64,000 nt of DNA. It comes from an uncultured Solirubrobacterales bacterium (GTDB lineage Bacteria > Actinomycetota > Thermoleophilia > Solirubrobacterales > 70-9). The position numbers and the translations under genes are program-made. Numbering within the stretch: the first letter of the stretch is position 1; every line of letters starts with the position of its first letter. Under the pieces are notes generated by a model. It was given only the letters and a program-made list of their open reading frames with translations, had not been told where the DNA came from and did no database searches. The DNA is taken from the NCBI GenBank assembly GCA_963703895.1, contig CAVPFX010000003.1, positions 139,049 to 203,048 of the forward strand, written 5' to 3'. Below, in pieces: positions 31,104-39,503 of the stretch.

Positions 31104-31146
31104 GGCTATCGCCGGGCAGTGAGCGCTGACTTGCCACACCGACGAG

Positions 31147-31575
31147 CTAGAGATTGCGGACCCTGCGACCGATCTCCCGATCCCGGGGATAGCCGGCGGA
31201 CTCCCAAAAAGCCCCAGCTCCATCGTCGTCGAACGCGACCAGGGCGGTTACCCGCCTGACACCACAACCGCGCAGATACTCCTCGCCGGCCCGCGTCAAC
31301 GCGATCCCGACTCCCTGCCGGCGCTGGTCTGCCCGAACCGCGAGCCGATACATGTTCCCGCGCCAGCCGTCCCAGCCGGCAATCAGCGCGCCGACTATCT
31401 CGCCGCCGCGCTCGGCGATGAGGAGAGCGGCCGGAGAGTCATCGATTAGGCGCTCGACGTCATCCAGGCGGTCGTGCGTGCTGGCGTGCTCGCTCCGCTC
31501 CTGGGTCCACAACTCCAAGACCGCCTGCGCGTCCTGATGCTGGCAGCGGCGTACCTTGATTCCCTCGGCGGTCAA
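31147..31575 (-). CDS. GNAT-family N-acetyltransferase
   Basis: LAVRADQRRQGVGIALTRAGEEYLRGCGVRRV is the acetyl-CoA binding motif A (Q/RxxGxG/A). Confidence 0.8.
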   Translation of the reverse strand: MTAEGIKVRRCQHQDAQAVLELWTQERSEHASTHDRLDDVERLIDDSPAALLIAERGGEIVGALIAGWDGWRGNMYRLAVRADQRRQGVGIALTRAGEEYLRGCGVRRVTALVAFDDDGAGAFWESAGYPRDREIGRRVRNL

Positions 31576-31598
31576 GACGGCAGTATCCCAAGGGCTGT

Positions 31599-32183
31599 GT
31601 GACTCTTAGAGCGAGGTGCCACTTGCGGACCCTCATACGAGATGATCCCCGCGTGACGCGCCATCGGGGACTGATCGCATCTGGAATCGCGACCGTGATT
31701 CTGTTTCTGGCGATGTCCCCTGCCGAGAACCGGATGATGGACACCGGTGGTCCCGGGATGGTGCCCTTCGAGCTGACAGGCGGCCAGGACCGCGCCGACG
31801 AGGTCCTCACCGAATGGGGCGAGGACGGTCAAGACGCCGCGCGTGAGCAACTCTGGATCGACTTTGCCTTTCTGCTCGCCTACGGGTCCTTCCTCACCTT
31901 CGCGCTCAGCGCTATCCGCGATCTCGCCCGGGGACGCAACTGGCACCGCCTCGCCACAATTGGGGGAGTCGTCGCCTACTTCGGCGCGCTCGGCGCTGGC
32001 TTCGACGCACTCGAGAACGTCTGCCTGCTGCTGACCCTCGGCGGCGCCGGTGCCGCCTTTCCCCTGCTGGCGACGATTTTCGCCGTCTGCAAGTTCACCC
32101 TTCTCACAGTGGCGATCGCCTACCTGCTCGCCGGTCTGGCGATGTGGATCACCAACCGCGCGCCCGCCACACGAACGCCCTAA
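31599..32183 (+). CDS. hypothetical integral membrane protein
   Basis: Four or five hydrophobic segments (IASGIATVILFLAM, FAFLLAYGSFLTFALSAI, IGGVVAYFGALGAGF, FTLLTVAIAYLLAGLAMWI). No motif recognised. Confidence 0.55.
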   Translation: MTLRARCHLRTLIRDDPRVTRHRGLIASGIATVILFLAMSPAENRMMDTGGPGMVPFELTGGQDRADEVLTEWGEDGQDAAREQLWIDFAFLLAYGSFLTFALSAIRDLARGRNWHRLATIGGVVAYFGALGAGFDALENVCLLLTLGGAGAAFPLLATIFAVCKFTLLTVAIAYLLAGLAMWITNRAPATRTP

Positions 32184-32317
32184 CGCCGATCGCCCGATAG
32201 CGCGACAGGGGTCCCGTCGAGAGATCCGCCCACCGCGACTCGGTGCCCTTGGCACCGGCGCGGTCAACGTTGTAGATCCACGAGGCTCCCTACCTGCGGA
32301 CCCACATACATAGAGAC

Positions 32318-32346
32318 GTCTCTCCTCCCTCAAGTAACCCCAGAAG
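32318..32346 (+). repeat. mosaic repeat copy 3 (core only; left flank 32288-32317 resembles the left flank of copy 1)
   Basis: GTCTCTCCTCCCTCAAGTAACCCCAGAA versus copy 1 ATCTCTCCTCCCTGTAGTAACCCCAGAA. The upstream CCTACCTGCGGACCCACATACATAGAGAC resembles CCTACCTCCCACGGATCCACATATATAGAGAT. Confidence 0.75.
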
Positions 32347-32440
32347 AGACGACGGCAGGCTAACCGATTGAGCGATTTGACGCAAGCCCTAATTTTTGGG
32401 GTGGCTTCTTGGTCTGGTCGGGGCAGACCGAGGCATCCGC

Positions 32441-34471
32441 TCAGCTGAGAGCCGGCTCGCCCGAGCGCAGGGTCGCGAGCACTCGCTCGGCAACCGCGTC
32501 GCCGGTCAGCCCAACCTCCTCGTGCAGCAAGGCCGGCTTGCCGTGGGTCACGTAGCGGTCCGGCAGGCCGATCCGCAGGACGCGGGCCCGCTCGCCGGAT
32601 CGCTCGGCGAAGGCATCCTCGAGATGCTCGAGCACGGCCGAGCCGAAGCCACCGGGCAGGACGTTCTCCTCGATCGTCACCACGAGGTCGTGCTCGAGCG
32701 CGAGGCGCTCGAGCAACTCAGCGTCAAGCGGCTTGGCGAAGCGGGCATCGGCGACCGTCGCCGTCAGATCATGGTCGGCGAGGATCTTTGCCGCGTCGAG
32801 CGCCACCGAGACGCCGAAGCCGTAGCCGAGTAGGGCCACCCGCTCGCCGCCTGCCAGCAGCTCCCCCGTGCCAATCGGCAGCTCCAGTGGCTCAGTCGGC
32901 AGCTCCACGCCCTCGGCCGCACCGCGGGGATAGCGCAGCGCGGCGGGACCGTCGTGGGCGATCGCCGTGTGCAGCATGTGGACCAACATCGCCTCGTCGC
33001 GCGGGGCCATCAGGACCACGTTGGGGATCGGGCGAAAGTAGGAGACGTCGAAGGCGCCGTGGTGGGTCGGGCCGTCGTCGCCGACCAGACCAGCCCGGTC
33101 CATCGCGAAGGTGACGTCGAGCTCCTGCAGGCAGACGTCGTGGACGATCTGGTCGAAGGCGCGCTGCAGGAAGGTCGAGTAGATCGCGCAGACCGGCTTG
33201 GCGCCCTGGATCGCCAGGCCGGAAGCAAGCAGGACCGCGTTCTGCTCGGCGATGCCGACGTCGTAGTACTGCTCGGGCACCTCGTCGGCGAGCTTCTGCA
33301 GGCCGGTCCCCCCCGCCATTGCGGCGGTGATCCCGACCACCCGCTTGTCGCGGTGTGCCTCGGCGACGATCGCGTCGGCGAAGACCTGCGTGTACTGAGG
33401 CGGAGCGCCCGCAACGGGCGGCTTCTCGAGTCGCTCCGGAGCGATCGCCGCCGGCGCGTCGGACTCCTGCACCGCCACGGGCTTCGGGGCGGGCGCCCCG
33501 TCGACGATCGATTTCGGCTTGGCAGCGTGCCATTTCTCCATCCCCTCGAGGCCGCCCTCCTCTGCCGGCGAGAAGCCCTTGCCCTTGACCGTGTGGATGT
33601 GGACGATCACCGGGCGTTCGGCATCGAAGGCCTCGCGCAGCGCCTCGCGCAGGGCGTGCACGTCGTGGCCGTCGATCACGCCCATGTAGGCGAGGTCGAG
33701 CTCCTCGAAGAAGAGGCCAGGCGCCCAGTAGGCCTTGATCGCCGACTTGATCTCCGGGCCCAGTCGTTCGATCCGCTTGCCGAGCCCGAGCGGCAGCTTG
33801 GTCAGCCGGTCCTCGACCCCCTCGCGGGCGTGGAAGAGGCGCGGGTTGAGCCGCACCCGGTTGAAGTAGCGCGAGAGCGCGCCGACGTTGGGCGAGATCG
33901 ACATGCCGTTGTCGTTGAGCACGATCACCATCGGCGTCTGCAGACCGCCTGCCGCGTGCAGCGCCTCGTAAGCGACACCGCCGGTCAGCGCGCCGTCGCC
34001 GATCACGGCGGCGACGCGGCCGTCCTCGCCGATCCCGTGGCGCATCGCCTCCTTCAGCCCAACCGCGTAGCCGATCGAGGTCGAGGCGTGGCCAGCACCC
34101 ATGATGTCGTGCTCGGACTCGAAGACCGAACAGAACGGGGCGAGCCCGTCGTACTGGCGGATCGTCGGCAGCTCCTCGCGGCGACCGGTGAGGATCTTGT
34201 GCGGGTAGGCCTGGTGACCGACGTCCCAGAGCACCTTGTCGCGGGGCGAGTCGAGCATGCTGTGCAGCGCCACCGCCAACTCGCAGGTGCCGAGGTTGGC
34301 GCCGAAGTGCCCCCCGATCTCGCCGATCGTGTCAATGATGTAGGTGCGCATCTCCTGCGCCACCTGCTGCAGCTGCTCGTCGTTCAGCTCGTGTAGGTCG
34401 GCTGGCTCGTGAATGCCGTCGAGCAAGGGCGTCTCCCGTTCCGGTGCCGCTCCGTTTCCGTTCTCGCTCAT
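32441..34471 (-). CDS. dxs: 1-deoxy-D-xylulose-5-phosphate synthase
   Basis: DVGHQAYPHKILTGR, GAGHASTSIGYAVG and GDGALTGGVAYEAL motifs. Sits in an xseB-ispA-dxs arrangement. Confidence 0.95.
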   Translation of the reverse strand: MSENGNGAAPERETPLLDGIHEPADLHELNDEQLQQVAQEMRTYIIDTIGEIGGHFGANLGTCELAVALHSMLDSPRDKVLWDVGHQAYPHKILTGRREELPTIRQYDGLAPFCSVFESEHDIMGAGHASTSIGYAVGLKEAMRHGIGEDGRVAAVIGDGALTGGVAYEALHAAGGLQTPMVIVLNDNGMSISPNVGALSRYFNRVRLNPRLFHAREGVEDRLTKLPLGLGKRIERLGPEIKSAIKAYWAPGLFFEELDLAYMGVIDGHDVHALREALREAFDAERPVIVHIHTVKGKGFSPAEEGGLEGMEKWHAAKPKSIVDGAPAPKPVAVQESDAPAAIAPERLEKPPVAGAPPQYTQVFADAIVAEAHRDKRVVGITAAMAGGTGLQKLADEVPEQYYDVGIAEQNAVLLASGLAIQGAKPVCAIYSTFLQRAFDQIVHDVCLQELDVTFAMDRAGLVGDDGPTHHGAFDVSYFRPIPNVVLMAPRDEAMLVHMLHTAIAHDGPAALRYPRGAAEGVELPTEPLELPIGTGELLAGGERVALLGYGFGVSVALDAAKILADHDLTATVADARFAKPLDAELLERLALEHDLVVTIEENVLPGGFGSAVLEHLEDAFAERSGERARVLRIGLPDRYVTHGKPALLHEEVGLTGDAVAERVLATLRSGEPALS

Positions 34472-35331
34472 TCGTCCCTCGTGAAGATGTAGTCGGCCAC
34501 GCGCCTCAGATCGTCGGTCTCGCCATTGGCTTGATCAAGTGCCGCCGTCGCCTTGCCATGCGACTCCGCCGCGAGCTCGCGCGCCCGCTCGAGGCCAAAG
34601 TGGCTGACGTAGGTGAGTTTTCCAAGTCGCTCGTCGCTTCCATGGGGCTTGCCGAGGCGGTCGGCACTTCCGGTCACGTCGAGGATGTCGTCGACGATCT
34701 GGAAGAGCACGCCCAGCTCGTTGGCGAATCGGCGAAAGGGCATTGTCTCAGGTTCTGGCAGTCCTTCGAGGGTCAGCACGACGCCGACGCTGGCGGCGAT
34801 CAGGCGGCCGGTCTTCAGCGTGTGCAGCGAGCGCAGCCCCTCGGCGTCGCGCTCGGAGACCGCGACGTCGACGTACTGGCCGCCGACCATGCCGTCGACC
34901 CCCGTTGCCGCGCTCAATTCGCGCAGTGCCGCGAGCACGCGCGCCGGCTCTCCGGGCTGCTCGCAGGCGAGCCGTACGGCCTCGGCGAAGAGGCCGTCAC
35001 CGGCGAGAATCGCCACGTCCTCGCCGTACTTAACGTGGGACGTGGGCTGACCGCGGCGCAAGTGGTCGTCGTCCATCGCCGGCAAGTCATCGTGGATCAG
35101 CGAGTAGGTATGGATCAGCTCGATCGCGCAGGCGATCGGCAGGAAGTGCTCGGGCTCGACGCCGAGGGCTCGGGCGGTCGCCAGGGCGAGCACGGGGCGA
35201 ACCCGCTTGCCGCCGGCGAGCAGCGAGTAGCGCATCGCCTCCTGCAGGCCGGCCGTCGGCTCGGGGGCAGGAAAGCGCAGGAGCTCGAGCTCGGTATCGA
35301 CCAGAGCACGCAGCTCCTCGGGGTAACTCAC
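34468..35331 (-). CDS. ispA: polyprenyl (farnesyl/geranylgeranyl) diphosphate synthase
   Basis: LIHDDLPAMDDD (FARM) and QIVDDILD (SARM). Start placed at GTG 35331 (VSYPEELRAL). The upstream Arg/Pro-rich extension is rejected. Confidence 0.85.
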   Translation of the reverse strand: MSYPEELRALVDTELELLRFPAPEPTAGLQEAMRYSLLAGGKRVRPVLALATARALGVEPEHFLPIACAIELIHTYSLIHDDLPAMDDDHLRRGQPTSHVKYGEDVAILAGDGLFAEAVRLACEQPGEPARVLAALRELSAATGVDGMVGGQYVDVAVSERDAEGLRSLHTLKTGRLIAASVGVVLTLEGLPEPETMPFRRFANELGVLFQIVDDILDVTGSADRLGKPHGSDERLGKLTYVSHFGLERARELAAESHGKATAALDQANGETDDLRRVADYIFTRDE

Positions 35332-35338
35332 AACTTGG

Positions 35339-35512
35339 TCACGCGGAGGCCTCGCTCTCGCGGATACGGCGATTGGCCTCCTCGACCGCCTCAGCCGAGA
35401 GCTCGGCGGCCTCCTGGGCGAGCGCGGCAGCGCGGGCGTCGTCGGCCCCTTCGCCCTCCAGCTCTCGAGCGATCGCACTGAGCCGCTCGGAGATCTCCCG
35501 CAACCGGTTCAT
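35339..35512 (-). CDS. xseB: exodeoxyribonuclease VII small subunit-like (57 aa, absent from ORF track)
   Basis: Hand translation MNRLREISERLSAIARELEGEGADDARAAALAQEAAELSAEAVEEANRRIRESEASA. ATGA overlap with the nusB stop. Its position upstream of ispA-dxs matches the E. coli xseB-ispA-dxs operon. Sequence similarity to XseB is only loosely judged. Confidence 0.5.
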   Translation of the reverse strand: MNRLREISERLSAIARELEGEGADDARAAALAQEAAELSAEAVEEANRRIRESEASA

Positions 35513-35889
35513 CGCACCCCCTCTCGCTCACGGGCGATCGCGCCAAGGACACCGTTGACGAAACCGGGCGCGTCGGCCCCGCAGTACTCCTTGGCGATCT
35601 CGATCGCCTCATCAATCGCAACCTCCGTCGGCACGTCCTCACTGTGCTCGATCTCGTAGAGGGCGACCCGCATGACGTTCCGCTCCAGCGGCGCGATCCG
35701 CTCCAGCTCCCAGCCTTTGGAGTGAGCGGCAATTGCGGCGTCGAGCTCGCCGCGGTGAGCCTCAACACCAGCTGCCAGCTCCCGCGTGAAAGGACGCGAC
35801 TCGGCCACCAGCTCCTCCAGTGGACGGCCGGTGACATCCCGCTGATAGCAGGCGAAGACGGCATCGCGGCGCTGGTCGGATCTACGCAT
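35509..35889 (-). CDS. nusB: transcription antitermination factor NusB
   Basis: MRRSDQRRDAVFACYQ...LERIAPLERNVMRVALYEI...VAIDEAIEIAKEY...FVNGVLG. Start at ATG 35889. Confidence 0.9.
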   Translation of the reverse strand: MRRSDQRRDAVFACYQRDVTGRPLEELVAESRPFTRELAAGVEAHRGELDAAIAAHSKGWELERIAPLERNVMRVALYEIEHSEDVPTEVAIDEAIEIAKEYCGADAPGFVNGVLGAIAREREGVR

Positions 35890-35947
35890 GGACCGACATT
35901 CTGGCGTTTTGGCCAGTCGGATGGCTTGACCCCAAACCCCAAGAAAA

Positions 35948-36003
35948 GCGATCGAGCCTTCCTCGAGGAATTCGATGAAGCCGGCTTTGCCGGTGAACGG
36001 TTT
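35948..36003 (-). pseudogene. ~56-bp relic of a family-2 ('B') gene at the island edge
   Basis: GCGATCGAGCCTTCCTCGAGGAATTCGATGAAGCCGGCTTTGCC is identical to 37291-37334 inside gene 37077..38006. It encodes ...GKAGFIEFLEEGSIA... and similarity is lost on both sides. Confidence 0.75.
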
Positions 36004-36079
36004 CGCTCTCCGACGACGCAGTAAGGGCGTCGGCAAGCCGACGCCTTACTTGCGGGCAAATACTGAAGCGTCGACCTAC

Positions 36080-36856
36080 TTACGGTTTAGTGGGCGAAGG
36101 TAAGCCTGCCCATTTAAGGCCTTTGTGTTCGCCTTCGAGGGACAAGAACGAGCTTCCGCCAACTGCCGCTGCTTGACCAAACATTCTAAGGAGACGTAAC
36201 GCTTCATACTCTTCAAATAAATGTTCAGTCTGATGCGTCGAGAGTTTTTTTTGACAGTCGATTAGAGATAGCTCTCCTGTTACTTCGATTGATTCCCCCA
36301 CCGAGCAAAGTTCACTAACTTCGATGACCGCAAAGCTAAATTCACCTTTTCCGTTTTTGCTCGTAGGAGTTAATAAAATGACAGTATCAACCTGGCTTCC
36401 GAAAGCAAATAAATGTAACTTAATTAAGCCAACGAATTTCTTAGTAATAATTTCCCCGGCGGCCGCCCCCGCAGAATGGGGTTGGCATGATTTTGATTCC
36501 GTACCGTTTAGAAACGTTTTACAGCCTGATAATCTAGTTTGTCCTTCGGAGATCGAACCATTTTCGAGTAGGGAAGGGCTACCAACAAGCGACAGAGCCG
36601 TACATCTAATTTCAACTTTAGTACCGCCCGTTGTCGTAGCTGTTATACCAATACTAGAACTCTCGATATCTAACTTAAGTTTTGCTTTTAACGAGCCGGT
36701 GAAAATTTTTAATTCACCTTTTGCGTTTATATAAGTCCACGTCGCGCCAGTTTCCGCTTGGGCTGAGCCGCCAAAAAGCCCCAGCAGAATCGGAAGCAGC
36801 ACACATAGCCCTGCGAGTCTTGATTTTATAGCTCGAGACACGACCGTTCCTCTCAT
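36080..36856 (-). CDS. exported protein, paralog family 1, AT-rich member ('A-prime')
   Basis: Signal peptide LLPILLGLFGGSAQA. Shares GTKVE..C, C.P.S, SELCSVGESIEVTGELSLIDC and GLKWAGLP with 47460..48200. Confidence 0.75.
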   Translation of the reverse strand: MRGTVVSRAIKSRLAGLCVLLPILLGLFGGSAQAETGATWTYINAKGELKIFTGSLKAKLKLDIESSSIGITATTTGGTKVEIRCTALSLVGSPSLLENGSISEGQTRLSGCKTFLNGTESKSCQPHSAGAAAGEIITKKFVGLIKLHLFAFGSQVDTVILLTPTSKNGKGEFSFAVIEVSELCSVGESIEVTGELSLIDCQKKLSTHQTEHLFEEYEALRLLRMFGQAAAVGGSSFLSLEGEHKGLKWAGLPSPTKP

Positions 36857-37020
36857 TGGTTACGGTGATCTCTTACTTTCCCAGGGGGATCATTTATGTC
36901 AAGGACAAGATCTGCCTTGTTTTTTATCGGGGAGATACTGGCCGGCCATGCGGGGCGCCTTTGGGGTGGGACGGGGGGTAAACCTGCTTGGTATTTGGAT
37001 CCTGCCTAGGAGTCCAAACA

Positions 37021-37048
37021 AAGCGCCGGGGCTCCCGCCCCGGCGCTT
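37021..37048 (-). terminator. intrinsic terminator after the B-C-D-B' operon
   Basis: Perfect 11-bp stem AAGCGCCGGGG / CCCCGGCGCTT with a 6-nt loop. On the minus strand it is followed by TGTTTGG. It lies 29 nt after the stop of 37077..38006. Confidence 0.65.
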
Positions 37049-37076
37049 GGTCCAACGTCTTGCCTAGAGCCTCGCC

Positions 37077-38006
37077 CTAGGGGTTTTCCGCGTCGTTTAG
37101 CCGCACCGCCGCGGCAGCGGCGATGTTGAGCGTGTTTTTGAGGATCGCGGTGTTTTTGCCCGCTGCCGCAGGAAGACCCGAGGCGGCGTTGATGATCGGG
37201 TTGAGGATCAGTTCCGCTGGGAACCCGCCGCAGCCCGAGGCACCGGGAGCAGACCAGGCGTTGTCGACCAGGACCGCTTCTTTGCTGACGGCGATCGAGC
37301 CTTCCTCGAGGAATTCGATGAAGCCGGCTTTGCCTGAGATCGGTTTGTTGGGAGCGGGCGGTGCGGTCGTGCCCGTGGTCAGGTTCCAGGTCAACGGCGA
37401 GCCGGTCGAGCCGACGTAGCAGCCGGAGCCCAGGAACGGGTTTTCCAGGTGGGTCTTGACCGGCATTTTCAGCGCCACGCCTTCTTCGGCGGCGAGGTTG
37501 TTTTCAGAGACCACGATCTCGGTCGCGGGCCGTGCCAGTTCAAGCGTCGCGTAGAGCCCGGTGAGACCGTTTTCGAAAACCGCTTCGCAGGCAAGGCGCA
37601 AGAAGAAATCTTTGATTTCTTTGCAGTTGACGATGCCCCCGAGGCCGCCGGGAACCGGTTGGGGGGTTTTGGAGAGCGTGACGCCGTTGGTGGCAGCGAA
37701 GAAGGGCGCGTAGCCTTCGACCTGTTTACCGGCGCCGCCCTGCAGGATGACGGGGTTGACGATCGGCACTTTCTTGGAGCCGAGCACCACTTCGCCTGAG
37801 TTGGTCACGGATAGAATGCATTTTTTGACTTCCAGGTTTTTATAGGGGCACTGGCCGAATTTGACGTAGTTGCCGGTCAGTTTGGCTTGTGCGGTGGTGG
37901 CGAGGCCAAAGACGGCCAGCGCCGCGATCAGGAGTGCCGCGAAGGCCCTCCCCTTGCTCGATCGGGTTCTCATATCTCCCTCATTCCTTGTTTGCATGAT
38001 TGACAC
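37077..38006 (-). CDS. exported protein, paralog family 2 ('B-prime')
   Basis: Signal peptide AFAALLIAALAVFGLATTAQA|KLTGNY. Collinear with 39504..40388. The true start may be ATG 37973 (MRTRSS), which follows GAGGGAG. Confidence 0.75.
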   Translation of the reverse strand: MSIMQTRNEGDMRTRSSKGRAFAALLIAALAVFGLATTAQAKLTGNYVKFGQCPYKNLEVKKCILSVTNSGEVVLGSKKVPIVNPVILQGGAGKQVEGYAPFFAATNGVTLSKTPQPVPGGLGGIVNCKEIKDFFLRLACEAVFENGLTGLYATLELARPATEIVVSENNLAAEEGVALKMPVKTHLENPFLGSGCYVGSTGSPLTWNLTTGTTAPPAPNKPISGKAGFIEFLEEGSIAVSKEAVLVDNAWSAPGASGCGGFPAELILNPIINAASGLPAAAGKNTAILKNTLNIAAAAAVRLNDAENP

Positions 38007-38023
38007 GGGAAGAAGCTTTGGGC

Positions 38024-38887
38024 TCAGCCGCGTTCATAGACCGCGGGGAGCAGGCCGACGTTGCCCGAGACGTCGAGGATCTCTTGGCGCAGTGCCAGCG
38101 GGTCGAAGCCGCGCTGGGGCGAGAGGCGGCGCGGTAGCGCGTAGAGGGCGAGCATGTAGGTTTCCCCGGCGCCTTGGGGGCAGATGGAGTAGCCGAGGCG
38201 ACCGAAGCCGTTGGTGCCAACGATCGCGCCGGCGGGCAATTTGCCCGCGGCGATTTCCTCCAGCTCGGGGTCGATGCCCGCCAGCGCCCAGTCGAAGAAG
38301 ATCTTTTCGTTCACCGGCGCCACGTTCATCACGAAGAGCGCCAGTTCGGCGCTGCCCGCCGGCACCCCTCCCCACTTGAGCTGGGGCCAGCTGTCTTTGC
38401 CATCGCAGGTGTAGGTGGGGTCGAGGCGGCCGAGGTGCCCGGCGGCGGCAACGATCGCGGGGCTCCTAAGGCTGATGTCGGCGACCGTGGCTTCCTGCAC
38501 CTCTTCTGGGCTCGGCGCCTGCTCCTTTTGGCCCTTCGGCGCGGCGATGCGGGGGCCGTGCTTGGCGCCCTGCCCTGGGGGAGCGCCAGAAGAAGAGGAG
38601 CTCGAGGAGTCGCCTGAGTGAGAGGAGGAGGACTGCTTGGAGCCCTGGGCCCCCTCCCCCGCGCCGGTGGCGGCGGGGTTGGCCGCGGTGCCTCCTCCTT
38701 GTCCTTGGGCGGCCTGAGCCTGAGCGGAGGTCTCAGCGGCGGCGGAGCCGTCGCTTTGACCCTCGGAGGAGCCCCCGCCGCAGCCGGCGAGGGCAAGTGC
38801 CGCAACCGCGAGCGCCAGGGTCGCCCTGGCGCTCGCGGTCTTGGCGAGGGGCGCTAGGAGACTGATAGCGCCTGTTCTCTGTGCCAC
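38024..38887 (-). CDS. PEBP (YbhB/YbcL)-domain lipoprotein with low-complexity linker ('D2')
   Basis: Lipobox ALALAGCGGGSS. TCDGKDSWPQLKWGGVPAGSAELALFVMN...GETYMLALYALP. GTG 38887 (VAQRTG) aligns with the GTG start (MAQGRV) of copy 1. The track ORF extension to 39148 is rejected. Confidence 0.75.
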   Translation of the reverse strand: MAQRTGAISLLAPLAKTASARATLALAVAALALAGCGGGSSEGQSDGSAAAETSAQAQAAQGQGGGTAANPAATGAGEGAQGSKQSSSSHSGDSSSSSSSGAPPGQGAKHGPRIAAPKGQKEQAPSPEEVQEATVADISLRSPAIVAAAGHLGRLDPTYTCDGKDSWPQLKWGGVPAGSAELALFVMNVAPVNEKIFFDWALAGIDPELEEIAAGKLPAGAIVGTNGFGRLGYSICPQGAGETYMLALYALPRRLSPQRGFDPLALRQEILDVSGNVGLLPAVYERG

Positions 38888-39474
38888 TGGAATGCTTCGG
38901 TCGGGAAGAGCCCGTTCCATTCGATTTTCTGGCTCAGCGCTTTCAGTTCTGTTTTGGAAGCGCTCAGGGTGCTCGCATTGAACGTGGCGGTTTCCGCGGT
39001 GTTGTCGATCGACCCACCGGCGGAGCCCGTCACGGTGACCAGGGTTTCGCCCAGCACGCAGGCTTCGCCGCCATAGAGGATGCCGACTTTGACACCTTCG
39101 ATGATGATGTAGGGGGTTGCGCCTACCGTGGTCAGTTTCGATGCCCACGGCAGTTTTTCCGCGCCGATTTTGTCGACGGTGCAGAATTTGCTGTTCGTGG
39201 TGCAGGTGTAGAGGGGCATTTCGGTGAGGCTGCCTTTGCCGGTGCCCGCCGAGTTTTCGATCGTTAGCTTGTAGAGGAAGTTTTCACATTTCGTGGTCAG
39301 TCCCGGAACGGTCATCGAGCTTTCAATAGCTCCACCGAGGACCGTTTCGGTTCCTTCCAGTGCTTTGGCTTCGAACTTCCAGGCAGGTGCCGCGCTCGCA
39401 GTGGTGGCGAACAACGCGCAAAGCACCGCCAGGGCCGCCAGGGCGGCTCCAATAGCTGTCTGCTTTCTTCTCAT
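38854..39474 (-). CDS. exported protein, paralog family 1 ('C2')
   Basis: Signal peptide LAVLCALFATTASAAPAWKFEAK. GEACVLGETLVTVTG and IEWNGLFPTEAF. Overlaps the PEBP gene by 34 nt. Confidence 0.8.
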   Translation of the reverse strand: MRRKQTAIGAALAALAVLCALFATTASAAPAWKFEAKALEGTETVLGGAIESSMTVPGLTTKCENFLYKLTIENSAGTGKGSLTEMPLYTCTTNSKFCTVDKIGAEKLPWASKLTTVGATPYIIIEGVKVGILYGGEACVLGETLVTVTGSAGGSIDNTAETATFNASTLSASKTELKALSQKIEWNGLFPTEAFQWHREQALSVS

Positions 39475-39503
39475 CTCAGATCATCTCCTTGCGCAGTTCT
39501 CGC

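Noticed and set aside
31572-32333. 253-aa minus-strand ORF starting inside repeat copy 3
   Set aside because: It is antisense to the plausible multi-TM membrane protein 31599..32183. Its translation is Arg/Gly/Glu-rich without hydrophobic core segments.
27401-32346. CRISPR array hypothesis for the three-copy repeat
   Set aside because: There are only three copies, spaced 3.6 kb and 1.2 kb apart, with protein-coding genes between them. The similarity is mosaic rather than uniform, and there are no cas genes.
38888-39148. N-terminal 87-codon extension of the PEBP lipoprotein ORF
   Set aside because: The extension is His/Arg-rich and overlaps gene C2. The paralog in copy 1 starts at the aligned GTG, 34 nt inside the upstream gene.
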